DNA of 64,000 nucleotides from Parcubacteria group bacterium (GCA_039740835.1 JBCLGW010000001.1:27640-91639), one strand, 5' to 3'. Numbered from the stretch's first letter, positions 41,323 to 50,841 are shown. The notes: generated from the sequence alone by a model not told the origin. Numbers and translations: made by a program.

Positions 41323-41919
41323 TTATTTAACCTTTGGAAACTTTTTTGATTTCATAATTTTATATACCACCCCCATGACAGCAAGAGCAACAATGCCAGC
41401 CACAATTTCTATAGAGAAACTATTCGCAGACTTCGGTTCAGATGTCTGGACCGCTTCCGTTGGAAGTGTTCCTTTCCCTAGCTTAGTTAAGTCTTCGTTG
41501 GCTCGGGCTAATATAGTTGTTCGTTTGCAAAAACTTGTTCCTAAAGTTCCATCATCTTGCTTGGACGCATACACCAGATATTCTTCGTTTTCCTTGAACC
41601 AGAACCCATTACAAGTGAAATAATTATGGACAGTATGCAAGACAGCTTGTTTCTCATTTGAGCCCTTCCACCATTGTGAAACATTAAAAGTTACAATAGT
41701 TCTTGGTTCGGGCGACTTTTGCAGTGGATTATCCAAATATTCTATCTTGCTGACTTTACCAGTAAAGACAGCATCAGAACTTGAAAGTGCGCCCTCTATC
41801 GACGCCAGTGTACAATCACAAGCGAAGGCATTTGGTGTTTGTGAGAAAACAAACAATGAAAAAACAATGAGGGTGAGAAGTGCAGTGCGTAATTTTTTTG
41901 TAAAATTCTCAAAATTCAT
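41323..41919 (-). CDS. TIMP/NTR-like secreted protein with C-terminal TM
   Basis: AFA-CDC, SDAVFTGKV, CNGFWF..EEYLVYA, FCKRT. Confidence 0.7.
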   Translation of the reverse strand: MNFENFTKKLRTALLTLIVFSLFVFSQTPNAFACDCTLASIEGALSSSDAVFTGKVSKIEYLDNPLQKSPEPRTIVTFNVSQWWKGSNEKQAVLHTVHNYFTCNGFWFKENEEYLVYASKQDDGTLGTSFCKRTTILARANEDLTKLGKGTLPTEAVQTSEPKSANSFSIEIVAGIVALAVMGVVYKIMKSKKFPKVK

Positions 41920-41964
41920 AAGGATTAAAAAATTTTATTCCTTTCAAACTTGCAATTTCATTTC

Positions 41965-42039
41965 TGGTGCTCTCAGTAGGAATCGGACCTACATCGCAAG
42001 CTCCGCAAGCTCGCATTCTATCCATTGAACTATGAGAGC
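41965..42039 (-). tRNA. tRNA-Arg(GCG)
   Basis: GCTCTCA...CGAGC-TTGCGGA-GCTTG...TGAGAGC-ACCA. Confidence 0.9.
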
Positions 42040-42070
42040 GATAGACGAGGGGTAGATTATCACGAAAAAC

Positions 42071-42532
42071 CTAAAATCCCAAGTATTCCATAATTTTTTG
42101 AAAAAGTGGTTCTTGAAGTTTTTCTGCGTGCAAAAACCGGTCGAGATAATTGTGCACCTCATCAACATTCATATCTTCTAAACGCACAACTATCAAAGGC
42201 AAGAAAAACCTTTTTGATTTTAAAAGTAATGCTGGTGGATGTTCCTCGTCATTTACCCAAAAAGATTCAAGCACTCCGTACGGATATTTTGTTTTGTCTA
42301 TGGCCACACCAGTCGCATCAATGTGAATGCGAAGTACACGAGGCGCGCGAGCTGTTTGTAAGACGAGCGCAACTGTTGCAATGACAACAAAAATTGCAAA
42401 AATAATATTACTCAAAATCACCGCAGTCACGGCAATAGATACAGCAATAATACCAACAACCCAAAACCAGTCGTTTGATTTTTCATCATGATGGTGTTCT
42501 AGAGCTTCCCATTCAAGAGGAGAGTTTTCCAT
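42071..42532 (-). CDS. two-TM hypothetical protein
   Basis: LEWEALEH...KSNDWFW; ends MEYLGF. Confidence 0.75.
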   Translation of the reverse strand: MENSPLEWEALEHHHDEKSNDWFWVVGIIAVSIAVTAVILSNIIFAIFVVIATVALVLQTARAPRVLRIHIDATGVAIDKTKYPYGVLESFWVNDEEHPPALLLKSKRFFLPLIVVRLEDMNVDEVHNYLDRFLHAEKLQEPLFQKIMEYLGF

Positions 42533-42685
42533 GCATATATTGTAGCATGCAAATATGTTGTGGTGAAGATTGTTGTGGGCATTGCTTTATTAGTGTTTTG
42601 GTTTTATACTAGGAAATCTAAAGCATATTCAGTTTAGTCAGCTAAATGTCTTTATGTTTGATTATTCAATTAGTTTTTTTAAAAT

Positions 42686-42775
42686 ATGGAACCAACAGCA
42701 AAATGTGCAGTTTGTAACAATGAGACTTGTTCTTGTCCACCAGCAGTAACAACAACTCCAGAAGCTACAGCTTAG
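42686..42775 (+). CDS. 29-aa Cys-rich micropeptide (not in ORF track)
   Basis: MEPTAKCAVCNNETCSCPPAVTTTPEATA followed immediately by a terminator. Confidence 0.55.
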   Translation: MEPTAKCAVCNNETCSCPPAVTTTPEATA

Positions 42776-42781
42776 TTTACT

Positions 42782-42806
42782 AAAAACCCCCGAAAGGGGG
42801 TTTTTG
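42782..42806. terminator. intrinsic terminator
   Basis: aaaaaccccc-gaaa-gggggttttt. Confidence 0.85.
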
Positions 42807-42888
42807 TTTTGTTTTTTTTGGCGACACCTCGTAGAGGTTGTTGGAACTTATTATATAGACAAGGTGCTATTCTGCTCCAACCGCCAGT

Positions 42889-43440
42889 TTAGTTGGTCGG
42901 CACAGTAACCGCAAGAGAAAGAGCGTTGCTAGTTCCTCTTCCATCAACACTGACAGATAATGAGTACTGGCCTGGAGTTATTTTCGTATATCTATCTGCT
43001 GGACAACCACCAGCTCCATCTGCATTAATCATGCAGATGGATTGGGGTAGAGTAAAAGTAATTTTATTTGAAATTGGATGTGGACCATCACTAGCAGGTG
43101 CCCCACCCCTCCACAATATTGTTACTTGACCAGTGTCTTTGTTTTTGATTTTTACAAAAATATGAGGACTAGTCATCCAGCCAATACCTGAGTACCCACC
43201 AAGTGGATCAAGATTTGTTCCTTTGATTGTTACTGATGAACCGATGGGTGTGGTGGCAGAAGAAACTAGACTAATCACAGGATTAGTTGTGGTGGCTGGA
43301 GAAGTTTCTGTAGATAAATTATTAATTGAGGCCGGTGATTCTACTTTTTTGTTTTCATAAACATAGAGACCGCCAATAATTAACAATGCAATAGCTCCAA
43401 GAATCGCGGAAACTACGAAACCCTTATTTTGATTTTTCAT
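42889..43440 (-). CDS. membrane-anchored IPT/Ig-like protein with pilin-like leader
   Basis: MKNQNKG-FVV plus TM; GSSVTIKGTNL; PGQYSLSV. Confidence 0.65.
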   Translation of the reverse strand: MKNQNKGFVVSAILGAIALLIIGGLYVYENKKVESPASINNLSTETSPATTTNPVISLVSSATTPIGSSVTIKGTNLDPLGGYSGIGWMTSPHIFVKIKNKDTGQVTILWRGGAPASDGPHPISNKITFTLPQSICMINADGAGGCPADRYTKITPGQYSLSVSVDGRGTSNALSLAVTVPTN

Positions 43441-43496
43441 ATATTACATTGTAGCTTGGATTCAACTATTTTGCTTCCGAACCTGATTTCGTTTTT

Positions 43497-43587
43497 TGGC
43501 GGAGGAAGTGAGATTCGAACTCACGATCCAGTTACCCAGATTCCGCTTTTCAAGAGCGGTGCCTTAAACCTCTCGAGCCATTCCTCC
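43497..43587 (-). tRNA. tRNA-Ser(TGA)
   Basis: GGAGGAA...CCGCT-CTTGAAA-AGCGG, long variable arm, TTCCTCC-GCCA. Confidence 0.93.
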
Positions 43588-44064
43588 ATATTTTGTTTTT
43601 TGTAACCAACTTTTCTCTAAAAAATGTTCTTCATAATGACAGTTTGGACAAATTAATTCTAAATTTTCCAACCGGTTATTTTTTCTGTCCCTATCCTTGT
43701 GATGCACCTGTAAAATCTCATATTTATTATAATCACACCTTTCGCACTTTGTTCCTCTCTGGTCTAATAACCTAATTTTTAAGGCTCTTTGGTGTTTGAC
43801 TTTGTCTTTTGGTTTACCAATATGATATTTTGTACCCGATCTATTAATGTTTGAGCAACTTCTACTGCAGGTTTTTTTGTTTAAACCAGCCAAGATTAAT
43901 TTGCCACAAACCAGACAAGAAACCTCTTTTCTAGAAAAAATACCGTAACAAACCGCACCACAAAATACATTGCCACTGTTTTGTTTAATCTGGGAAGGTC
44001 TTTTGTAAATGAGATTTGCGCAAATCACACACTGAGTATTGGGTTTCCTTTTGTATGTTTCCAC
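43564..44064 (-). CDS. HNH endonuclease with N-terminal Cys-rich zinc fingers
   Basis: CERC...LQVHHKDRDRKNNRLENLELICPNCH. Confidence 0.88.
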   Translation of the reverse strand: METYKRKPNTQCVICANLIYKRPSQIKQNSGNVFCGAVCYGIFSRKEVSCLVCGKLILAGLNKKTCSRSCSNINRSGTKYHIGKPKDKVKHQRALKIRLLDQRGTKCERCDYNKYEILQVHHKDRDRKNNRLENLELICPNCHYEEHFLEKSWLQKTKYGGMAREV

Positions 44065-44089
44065 TCACCCAGTATACCACAAACATATT

Positions 44090-44326
44090 TTACTCACCTT
44101 CAGACACCACTGTATATTTTTTTGCGACGAAATACAAGTAGATTATGTCTAGTATTCCCACTGTGTTTAAAAGCAAAAGAACGATAAACCAACGCTTGTG
44201 TGATAGGCGAGCAGACTGCCAAAGCGCAATCCCTTTCCATAAAATAGTCCACGCCACAAGCACTGTGGACAAAATCGGATTTGCCAAAAACAAAGCTTGA
44301 ACCGTTTGAATATTTGTTGAAAACAT
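44090..44326 (-). CDS. small membrane protein (DUF5652-like)
   Basis: WKGIALWQSAR...WFIVLLLLNTVGILDIIY. Confidence 0.7.
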   Translation of the reverse strand: MFSTNIQTVQALFLANPILSTVLVAWTILWKGIALWQSARLSHKRWFIVLLLLNTVGILDIIYLYFVAKKYTVVSEGE

Positions 44327-44409
44327 ACCGTTATAATATCAAAAAAAGTAGACAATGCAATTGCAAAAAAGGTATGGCTCTCGACTCTACTCTACGGTAT
44401 AGTGGGGAG

Positions 44410-44802
44410 GTGAAATATATGGGAATTGATTATGGTGAAAAGCGCGTAGGGCTGGCTCTCTCAAACGAAAGCAATGAATTTTCTCTGCCTTTTAAGGTTT
44501 TGCCGAATAATAAAATTCTTTTACAGGAGATACAAAAAATTTGCGTTGAAAAAAATGTGACGGATGTCGTGGTGGGTGAGTCAAAAGATTTTCACGGCAA
44601 CAAAAATCCGATAATGGAACGCATCTCCATTTTTGTATCTGAGTTGGAAAAAACATCTGGTGTAAAAGTGCATCTTGAACCAGAGTTTTTGACATCGCAT
44701 CAAGCACAGCATATTCAAGGAAAGACCGATATGATAGACGCGTCTGCGGCGGCGATTATTTTAAAAAGTTTTTTGGAGAGAAATAATAATGTAAGCGTAT
44801 GA
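44410..44802 (+). CDS. yqgF: YqgF/RuvX family nuclease
   Basis: MGIDYGEKRVGLALS, EFLTS, DASAAAIIL. Confidence 0.9.
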   Translation: MKYMGIDYGEKRVGLALSNESNEFSLPFKVLPNNKILLQEIQKICVEKNVTDVVVGESKDFHGNKNPIMERISIFVSELEKTSGVKVHLEPEFLTSHQAQHIQGKTDMIDASAAAIILKSFLERNNNVSV

Positions 44803-45125
44803 TAAATATTGACGATTTTAAAAAAGTAGAAATAAAGACGGGAAAAATTTTGACCGCAGAAAAAGTGCCAGAGACCGACAAGCTTTTGCGACTTACGGTG
44901 GATTTTGGTGAAGAGGCACCGCGACAGATAGTGTCAGGTATTGCTATGTTTTTTCCAGATGAGTCTGTGCTTGTGGGCAAAACTTATATGTTTGTAACAA
45001 ATCTAGAGCCGAGAAATATAAAAGGTTTGGAGAGCAACGGTATGATACTAGCGCTTTCAAGCGATACAGAATTTTCTTTGCTTGAGCCCTCTCAGCCAGT
45101 CTCCACTGGTCTTTCTGCTCATTAA
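44799..45125 (+). CDS. stand-alone tRNA-binding OB-fold (MetG C-terminal/CsaA-like)
   Basis: IDDFKKVEIKTG, RQIVSGI, NLEPR, ESNGMIL. Confidence 0.85.
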   Translation: MINIDDFKKVEIKTGKILTAEKVPETDKLLRLTVDFGEEAPRQIVSGIAMFFPDESVLVGKTYMFVTNLEPRNIKGLESNGMILALSSDTEFSLLEPSQPVSTGLSAH

Positions 45126-45185
45126 TTTTTTTGTAGGGGAAAACCTACTGCGTTTGGGTGGCGAATAGTATATAATTATTCTTAC

Positions 45186-46142
45186 ATGAGTAAGAATTTC
45201 TTTGATTTTTTTCCTCCGCCACATTTTTTGGAAATGCCGTCTTTCGGTTTTTCTATTTCTGATACGAGTTTGCGTTTTGTTGAGCTCCGACCGCACGAAG
45301 GTTCTTTTGTTGTGGGGGACTATGCCGAGCGACCGCTACCGCTAGGAGCAGTAGACGCTGGCTATATTCACAAGCCAGAGCAGGTAGTGGAGGTTCTAAA
45401 GTCGCTAAAAAAAGAATACAACCTAAAATTTGTGCGAGTGACTTTGCCAGAAGAAAAAGCTTTTGTCTACAAAACACAGATACCAGCTGTCGCGCCAGAA
45501 GAAATGCGCAGTAGTGTTGAGTTTACGCTCGAGGGAAATGTGCCAGTCACTTCTGCTGATTCTGTTTTTGATTTTACTGTTATGCCACAAAAAAAATCTG
45601 ATCCATTGCATGTAGATGTTGCGGTATGTGTTGTGCCAAACAAAGTTGTAGATGCATATCTGTCACTTTTTTCTTCGGCTGGACTTGTCGTGACAGCTTT
45701 TGGTCTAGAGTCTCAGGCGGTCGTACATTCTATTATTGAGCAAGGGGACACAAACACTTATCTAATTTTGAATTTAGATAAATATAAAACTGGTTTTTAT
45801 ATAGCCACAGGCAATGCCGTGCATTTTACATCTACAATGTCTATTACCACAGACTCTTTGCCAGAATTGGCGAGGGAGATAAATAAAATATATTGGCATG
45901 AATATGGAGAGAAAAAAGAAAAGGGAAGCTCTATAAACAAAATACTTTTGTGTGGCGATGGCGCTGACAAAAATGGAGTGAGGGAATATATTTTCAACAA
46001 CCTAGGCATAGAGGCGGAAATAGCAAATGTTTGGAAAAATGTTTTTGTTTTTGATATTTATGTTCCAGATATTTCGTACAAAGATTCTGTTAGCTTTGCG
46101 GGAGCGATAGGTCTGGCACTGCCTTCTTTTTTACAAATATGA
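45186..46142 (+). CDS. pilM: type IV pilus PilM-like protein
   Basis: GFSISDTSLRFVEL, actin-like fold, ILLCGDGA, AIGLAL. Confidence 0.8.
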   Translation: MSKNFFDFFPPPHFLEMPSFGFSISDTSLRFVELRPHEGSFVVGDYAERPLPLGAVDAGYIHKPEQVVEVLKSLKKEYNLKFVRVTLPEEKAFVYKTQIPAVAPEEMRSSVEFTLEGNVPVTSADSVFDFTVMPQKKSDPLHVDVAVCVVPNKVVDAYLSLFSSAGLVVTAFGLESQAVVHSIIEQGDTNTYLILNLDKYKTGFYIATGNAVHFTSTMSITTDSLPELAREINKIYWHEYGEKKEKGSSINKILLCGDGADKNGVREYIFNNLGIEAEIANVWKNVFVFDIYVPDISYKDSVSFAGAIGLALPSFLQI

Positions 46143-46681
46143 CAAATTTACTTCCACAAGACTATCAAAAAAAGATAGCCAAAGAATACAAATACAGAAA
46201 AGAGGTAGTGGCTCTTTTGGGTCTCGCGGTGACGATTTTTGTTTCCGCTAGTTTTCTCGTGCCATCTTTTGTGCTTTCAAAAGTAAAGCTTGGAGAGATG
46301 ACGACGAGAGTGGAGCAGGTGCGCAAAGTAAATGAAGGTGTGGCAAAAAAACATTCATCCAGCACAATACTCAAAGATGCAGAAGAAAAAATCAGATTGC
46401 TTGCGGACACAAAAGGTCAAGAGTCTATAGATAAACTGGTGGGAATTATTACAGACGAAAAATCTGATACGATAAAAATAAAGTCTATTTCGTATGCTCA
46501 TGCACAGGGGGCGCCGTCTACAATATCTGTTGTTGGGCTTGCAAAAGACAGAGAGAGTTTGACTCAGTTTTTAAAGAAAATGCAAAGTCAGAGTCTTTTT
46601 GCGTCGGTCGACCTGCCAGTTTCAAATTTTGCAAAGGGTAAAGACATTACTTTTTCAATGTCGATATCTGGAACATTTTAA
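46139..46681 (+). CDS. pilN: PilN-like protein
   Basis: MTNLLP, TM, GLAKDRESLTQF. Confidence 0.75.
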   Translation: MTNLLPQDYQKKIAKEYKYRKEVVALLGLAVTIFVSASFLVPSFVLSKVKLGEMTTRVEQVRKVNEGVAKKHSSSTILKDAEEKIRLLADTKGQESIDKLVGIITDEKSDTIKIKSISYAHAQGAPSTISVVGLAKDRESLTQFLKKMQSQSLFASVDLPVSNFAKGKDITFSMSISGTF

Positions 46682-46684
46682 TTT

Positions 46685-47260
46685 ATGAAATTTTCAACAA
46701 AAAAAATCTTGATACTTGTTTCGGTTTTAGTACTGATATTTTTGTCAGGATATGCTTTTTTGTTTTTTGGTATAAAATGGAAAAATGAAAAGTCTTTTGT
46801 TCTGTCTCAAGAAATAGATGAATATGTGATTCGGGAGTCTACGTTGAAAAGTAATGATAAAACAGCTCAAGATTTGGCAAGTCAGATAAATCTGCTCGGC
46901 CCATACTTTGTAAAAGAAGCGGACGTTGTGAGTTTTATTGAAATAATAGAGGACGCTGGCAAGAAAAATGACGCCGTGGTCACGATAGGTACTATTGGTG
47001 TTGTTGTGGGGGGTGACGAAAGTGTAAAACAACAAACACTTTCTTTGCGTTTTGATGCAAAGGGTTCTTGGAGCAATTTGCGCAACCTCATTTCATATTT
47101 AGAAAATTTGCCGTACAAGATTACTTTTGAAAAAGTTTCTTTGAATGCGGAATTTTCACCAGTACCATTTTTCAAAGACCCAGAAATTGAGGGTGTTGAA
47201 AAAAGTGATCTACAGACGTGGGGTGGGGTATTTGAAATAAATGTTGTAACTCATAAATAA
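46685..47260 (+). CDS. PilO-like protein
   Basis: TM; KGSWSNLRNLISYLENLPY; position after pilN. Confidence 0.7.
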   Translation: MKFSTKKILILVSVLVLIFLSGYAFLFFGIKWKNEKSFVLSQEIDEYVIRESTLKSNDKTAQDLASQINLLGPYFVKEADVVSFIEIIEDAGKKNDAVVTIGTIGVVVGGDESVKQQTLSLRFDAKGSWSNLRNLISYLENLPYKITFEKVSLNAEFSPVPFFKDPEIEGVEKSDLQTWGGVFEINVVTHK

Positions 47261-47261
47261 T

Positions 47262-47588
47262 ATGAAGATAGATTTTAAATCATTAAGAAAAATATTCCGC
47301 GGGGAATTTCATAAGTCACACTTGCATGTGATAAGTCCAGAGCAAGACTGGAAATTTATCGTTCTATCTTTTTTTGTGCTGGCTCTTTTGCTCGGAGCTC
47401 TCAGCACATTTCTTTTTTTCAAAATAAATAAAGGCGAGATTTTTAACACAGAACAAAAAGTGCAGGGTGAGGGGAGCCGTATTGATAGTCAAAAACTAAG
47501 CGAGACTGTTGGACGCTTTGAAGCAAAGAAAGCAAATCTTTTGGAGTTTGAGCAAAACAAAAAATCTTTTCCCGACCCGTCTTTGTAG
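47262..47588 (+). CDS. single-TM hypothetical protein closing the pilMNO operon
   Basis: Operon position; one TM. Confidence 0.65.
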   Translation: MKIDFKSLRKIFRGEFHKSHLHVISPEQDWKFIVLSFFVLALLLGALSTFLFFKINKGEIFNTEQKVQGEGSRIDSQKLSETVGRFEAKKANLLEFEQNKKSFPDPSL

Positions 47589-47667
47589 AAGTTTATAAAA
47601 TACTTGGAAATTGGGCCTATTGGATTATTTTGCATTATCCAGTAATATGTGAAATGTCTGCCATTTT

Positions 47668-47739
47668 GCCCCTGTAGTTCAATGGATAGAACATCGGACT
47701 TCTAAGCCGGTTATGTAGGTTCGATTCCTGCCAGGGGCA
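47668..47739 (+). tRNA. tRNA-Arg(TCT), CCA not encoded
   Basis: GCCCCTG-TAGTTCAATGGATAGAAC...CTTCTAA...GGTTCGATTCC-TGCCAGGGGCA. Confidence 0.92.
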
Positions 47740-47773
47740 CAAAATTATTAAATGGAAAATTAGGCGAAACAAA

Positions 47774-47798
47774 GTGGGCGTGCCTTCGGCACGCCCAC
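47774..47798. repeat. GC-rich perfect hairpin (REP-like or terminator)
   Basis: gtgggcgtgcc-ttc-ggcacgcccac. Confidence 0.7.
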
Positions 47799-47827
47799 CT
47801 CTTGATTAGTTCTCAACCAGAAAAACC

Positions 47828-49492
47828 TTAGATACTGCCGTAATGACTAATGAGCAAGTTGGAATCGAGGTAATTCACTACACCATCTCGGTTAAAATCT
47901 GTTCTACAAAAGATGTTGCTTGGACAAGTACCAAAAGAAGCCAAAACAAATGCGAGGTCAGCTCCATCCACTCGTCCGTTTTCGTCTAGGTCATAACTAA
48001 TTATATGAATTCTAGCTGGACTCACTGAATCTGGGGCCTTTTTTACTGATAAACCAACACTATAGACTCCTGGATTTAGATTACCCTCACCACCCGAACA
48101 CGTTACATTATGACCGAGAGCAAATGATGCTGAACCCGAAGATACCCTTGCTGATCCAAGCTCACATCTATTTTGACCCATTCCTAAAAGATAGGCACTA
48201 ACTTTTCCTTTAAGATTAATAGATGACCATGTTATCGGGAGTTTGTTACCTAATATAAATGTCGTATCTACCACAGGTGAGGTGATGTTAATTGATGGTT
48301 GACCACTAGGTTGACCACCAACAGCAATGGTTTGTGATGAATTTGTACCACCAGTACTTACCTTAAATGGTGCAGACTCGGCAAACAAGCTTCTGTTATT
48401 GTAATCAGTAACTCGCACAACCCACTCCCCAGAACTATTTAGTAAACCAGTTGGTAAACTTTGATAAGGATATGAGCCAGTGTTGTCTGCATATGAATTG
48501 ATCATTATGAAAGATTTAGACTCTGAACCACTTTGCCACCCACGAATTTCTACCATTACACCTGAAGAAGGAAATTGTTTTCTTGTCCACGTGATAGTTG
48601 TCGGCACGTCGGTGAATTGTGTGCTGTTGCCTGTGACGGTGGGAGCATATTGCGTCGTGCCGGCTTGGAACGGACCGCTTAGCGCGATAGTTTTGTTCGG
48701 GTTGTAATAGTCCGTTGCGCGCAAGTAGTACTTGCCGTTCGGCAAATCATTCGGAACCGTAATGCTAAGCGGTCCGCTTCCTCCCACCCTGACTATTGTG
48801 CTCTGTGCATCGTAGTGCTGCCCTGTGTCAGCATTGACGAATCGTATTTGTGAATTGGCAGGAAGATTGGCGAATGAACCGATGACGTTACCGGAAGAAA
48901 TGTAACTAAACGTAATGCTCGGCGATGTGTTCGTGGTCGGTGCAGTTGGATTGCCAACAGTAATAATGCCGCTACGCGCTGTGTATTGTCCTTGCAATTG
49001 CGCAATTTGTGCTTGGAGTGCTTTAACTTGATCGAACAAAGCCTGGATTTTAGCGGTAACATCCGTTGTCTGTGTAATTAAAGAAGTTGCTGGAAAAACG
49101 CTAACTGTGATATTACGAGAGTCCTGTTCAGCCCCAGCTCCATTGTAAGAAGTTAGAGTGGCAATAACATTCAGCATCGTTGAAGTAGTATTTACGAATT
49201 TTACAGAATAACTATTTGGTCCATCAAGTGCAGAAACTGAAAGTGTCCCACACTGATTCCCCTCAGGAGAGCGTGCTGTAATACCCTGAGGACATTTCAA
49301 CGAAAGTTTATTCGATATACCGTCACTACCGTAAATGAAATCTACGAGATTATTAGAGATAACATTTACTGGTGTCGCACTGAACGACGTGATGTTAAAA
49401 TCAGCGTGTGTAGCGTGTACAGTATTAGAAAGAAAAACTATAGTGGCGACTAATATAATTGTAAAGAAAATATTTAAGTTACGATTTGTCAT
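47828..49492 (-). CDS. secreted multidomain surface protein with C-terminal dockerin-like repeat
   Basis: Signal peptide; IQALFDQVKALQAQIAQLQ coil; DLDENGRVDGADL...DFNRDGVVNYLD. Confidence 0.75.
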   Translation of the reverse strand: MTNRNLNIFFTIILVATIVFLSNTVHATHADFNITSFSATPVNVISNNLVDFIYGSDGISNKLSLKCPQGITARSPEGNQCGTLSVSALDGPNSYSVKFVNTTSTMLNVIATLTSYNGAGAEQDSRNITVSVFPATSLITQTTDVTAKIQALFDQVKALQAQIAQLQGQYTARSGIITVGNPTAPTTNTSPSITFSYISSGNVIGSFANLPANSQIRFVNADTGQHYDAQSTIVRVGGSGPLSITVPNDLPNGKYYLRATDYYNPNKTIALSGPFQAGTTQYAPTVTGNSTQFTDVPTTITWTRKQFPSSGVMVEIRGWQSGSESKSFIMINSYADNTGSYPYQSLPTGLLNSSGEWVVRVTDYNNRSLFAESAPFKVSTGGTNSSQTIAVGGQPSGQPSINITSPVVDTTFILGNKLPITWSSINLKGKVSAYLLGMGQNRCELGSARVSSGSASFALGHNVTCSGGEGNLNPGVYSVGLSVKKAPDSVSPARIHIISYDLDENGRVDGADLAFVLASFGTCPSNIFCRTDFNRDGVVNYLDSNLLISHYGSI

Positions 49493-49598
49493 ATTAAAAA
49501 ATAATTATAATGCTAATAATTCCTAACAAGACCACTATACCACAAATCAAAGTGTCAAGGTGCCCGCCGCCCTTGCCTCCTGCCGCTCGTTTCCATTT

Positions 49599-49674
49599 TG
49601 GTGCGCGATGAGGGACTTGAACCCCCGACCTTCCCCGTGTAAAGGGGCTGCTCTACCAACTGAGCTAATCGCGC
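49599..49674 (-). tRNA. tRNA-Val(TAC)
   Basis: GCGCGAT-TAGCTCAG...CCCC-TTTACAC-GGGG...ATCGCGC-ACCA. Confidence 0.94.
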
Positions 49675-49810
49675 GCACTGTCGACACTGTCAACACGGCT
49701 AACAATAAACCATTTTAGGCTTTTTTTCAACTTTTTCGCTCTATGTGATACCGTGATACTATAGAAAGCAAGAAGTCGTAATTATTAGCAATTTTATATA
49801 ATATATTTAT

Positions 49811-50116
49811 ATGCCAGATATAGCAGGACAAATACAAAGACTTATTCAGGATTTAGCAACACATCAGTCAGCAATGCGAAAGATTGAGGTTGATCTCAGC
49901 CAATTGTCTACAAAGAAAACCGAACTTGTAAACTCTATCGCAGAAATGAAACGCGAGTTACCTAAAAAAGAAAAGGAATTGCGTGATTTGGAAACAGAAG
50001 AAAGAAAGTTGGAACAAAAAAATAAGGAATTACAACGAGAAGAGGGTAATATTAGACGAGAAATAGAAGAGCTAAAAAGACAGTTGGAAAAAATGGAGCG
50101 AGAAAATAAAAAATAA
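49811..50116 (+). CDS. small coiled-coil protein
   Basis: Heptad E/K/R/L pattern over almost the whole length. Confidence 0.7.
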   Translation: MPDIAGQIQRLIQDLATHQSAMRKIEVDLSQLSTKKTELVNSIAEMKRELPKKEKELRDLETEERKLEQKNKELQREEGNIRREIEELKRQLEKMERENKK

Positions 50117-50118
50117 GC

Positions 50119-50841
50119 ATGACCATTCCAGTTTTGTTCGAAAACAAAAACTATATCATCATCAACAAGCCCGCGGGGCTTGTTGTTCACTATGATGGTA
50201 AAACAAAAGAGCCAAATGTGACAGACTGGGTTCTCAAAAATTATCCAGATATAGCGGGTGTGGGGGAGCCGTTAAAACTTTCTTCAGGTGAGACTATAGA
50301 TAGGCCGGGCATTGTGCATCGCATAGACAGAGATACTTCAGGCACTCTCGTGATTGCTCGCACACAAGAATCTTTTTTACACCTCAAAGCTCATTTTCAA
50401 GAACGCGATGTAAAAAAAACTTACAATGCATTTGTGTACGGTGTTGTAAAAAAGGACGATGACATCATAAACCGCCCAATAGGTCGCAGTAGAAAAGATT
50501 TTCGACTTTGGTCTGCACAGCGTCTCGCTCGTGGTGAACTCCGCGAAGCAATCACAGACTATGTTGTTTTAAACCGAGGTAAAGATGTGACATTTATAGA
50601 AACAAAGCCACACACCGGTCGTACTCATCAGATTCGCGTACATTTCAAAGCCATAAATCATCCAGTCGTCTGCGACAAACTTTATGCCCCAAAACGTGAG
50701 CCGATGCTTGGTTTTTCACGCCTCGCTTTGCACGCTAGGTCTATAGAGTTTAAAGATATAGACGGCTCAATAGTCACAGCGATAGCCCCGTATCCGGAGG
50801 ATTTTGCTAAAGCTATAAAGCTCATAGAAAAACAGGCGTAA
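50119..50841 (+). CDS. RluA family pseudouridine synthase
   Basis: NKPAGLVVH, HRIDRDTSG, TGRTHQIRVH. Confidence 0.93.
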   Translation: MTIPVLFENKNYIIINKPAGLVVHYDGKTKEPNVTDWVLKNYPDIAGVGEPLKLSSGETIDRPGIVHRIDRDTSGTLVIARTQESFLHLKAHFQERDVKKTYNAFVYGVVKKDDDIINRPIGRSRKDFRLWSAQRLARGELREAITDYVVLNRGKDVTFIETKPHTGRTHQIRVHFKAINHPVVCDKLYAPKREPMLGFSRLALHARSIEFKDIDGSIVTAIAPYPEDFAKAIKLIEKQA

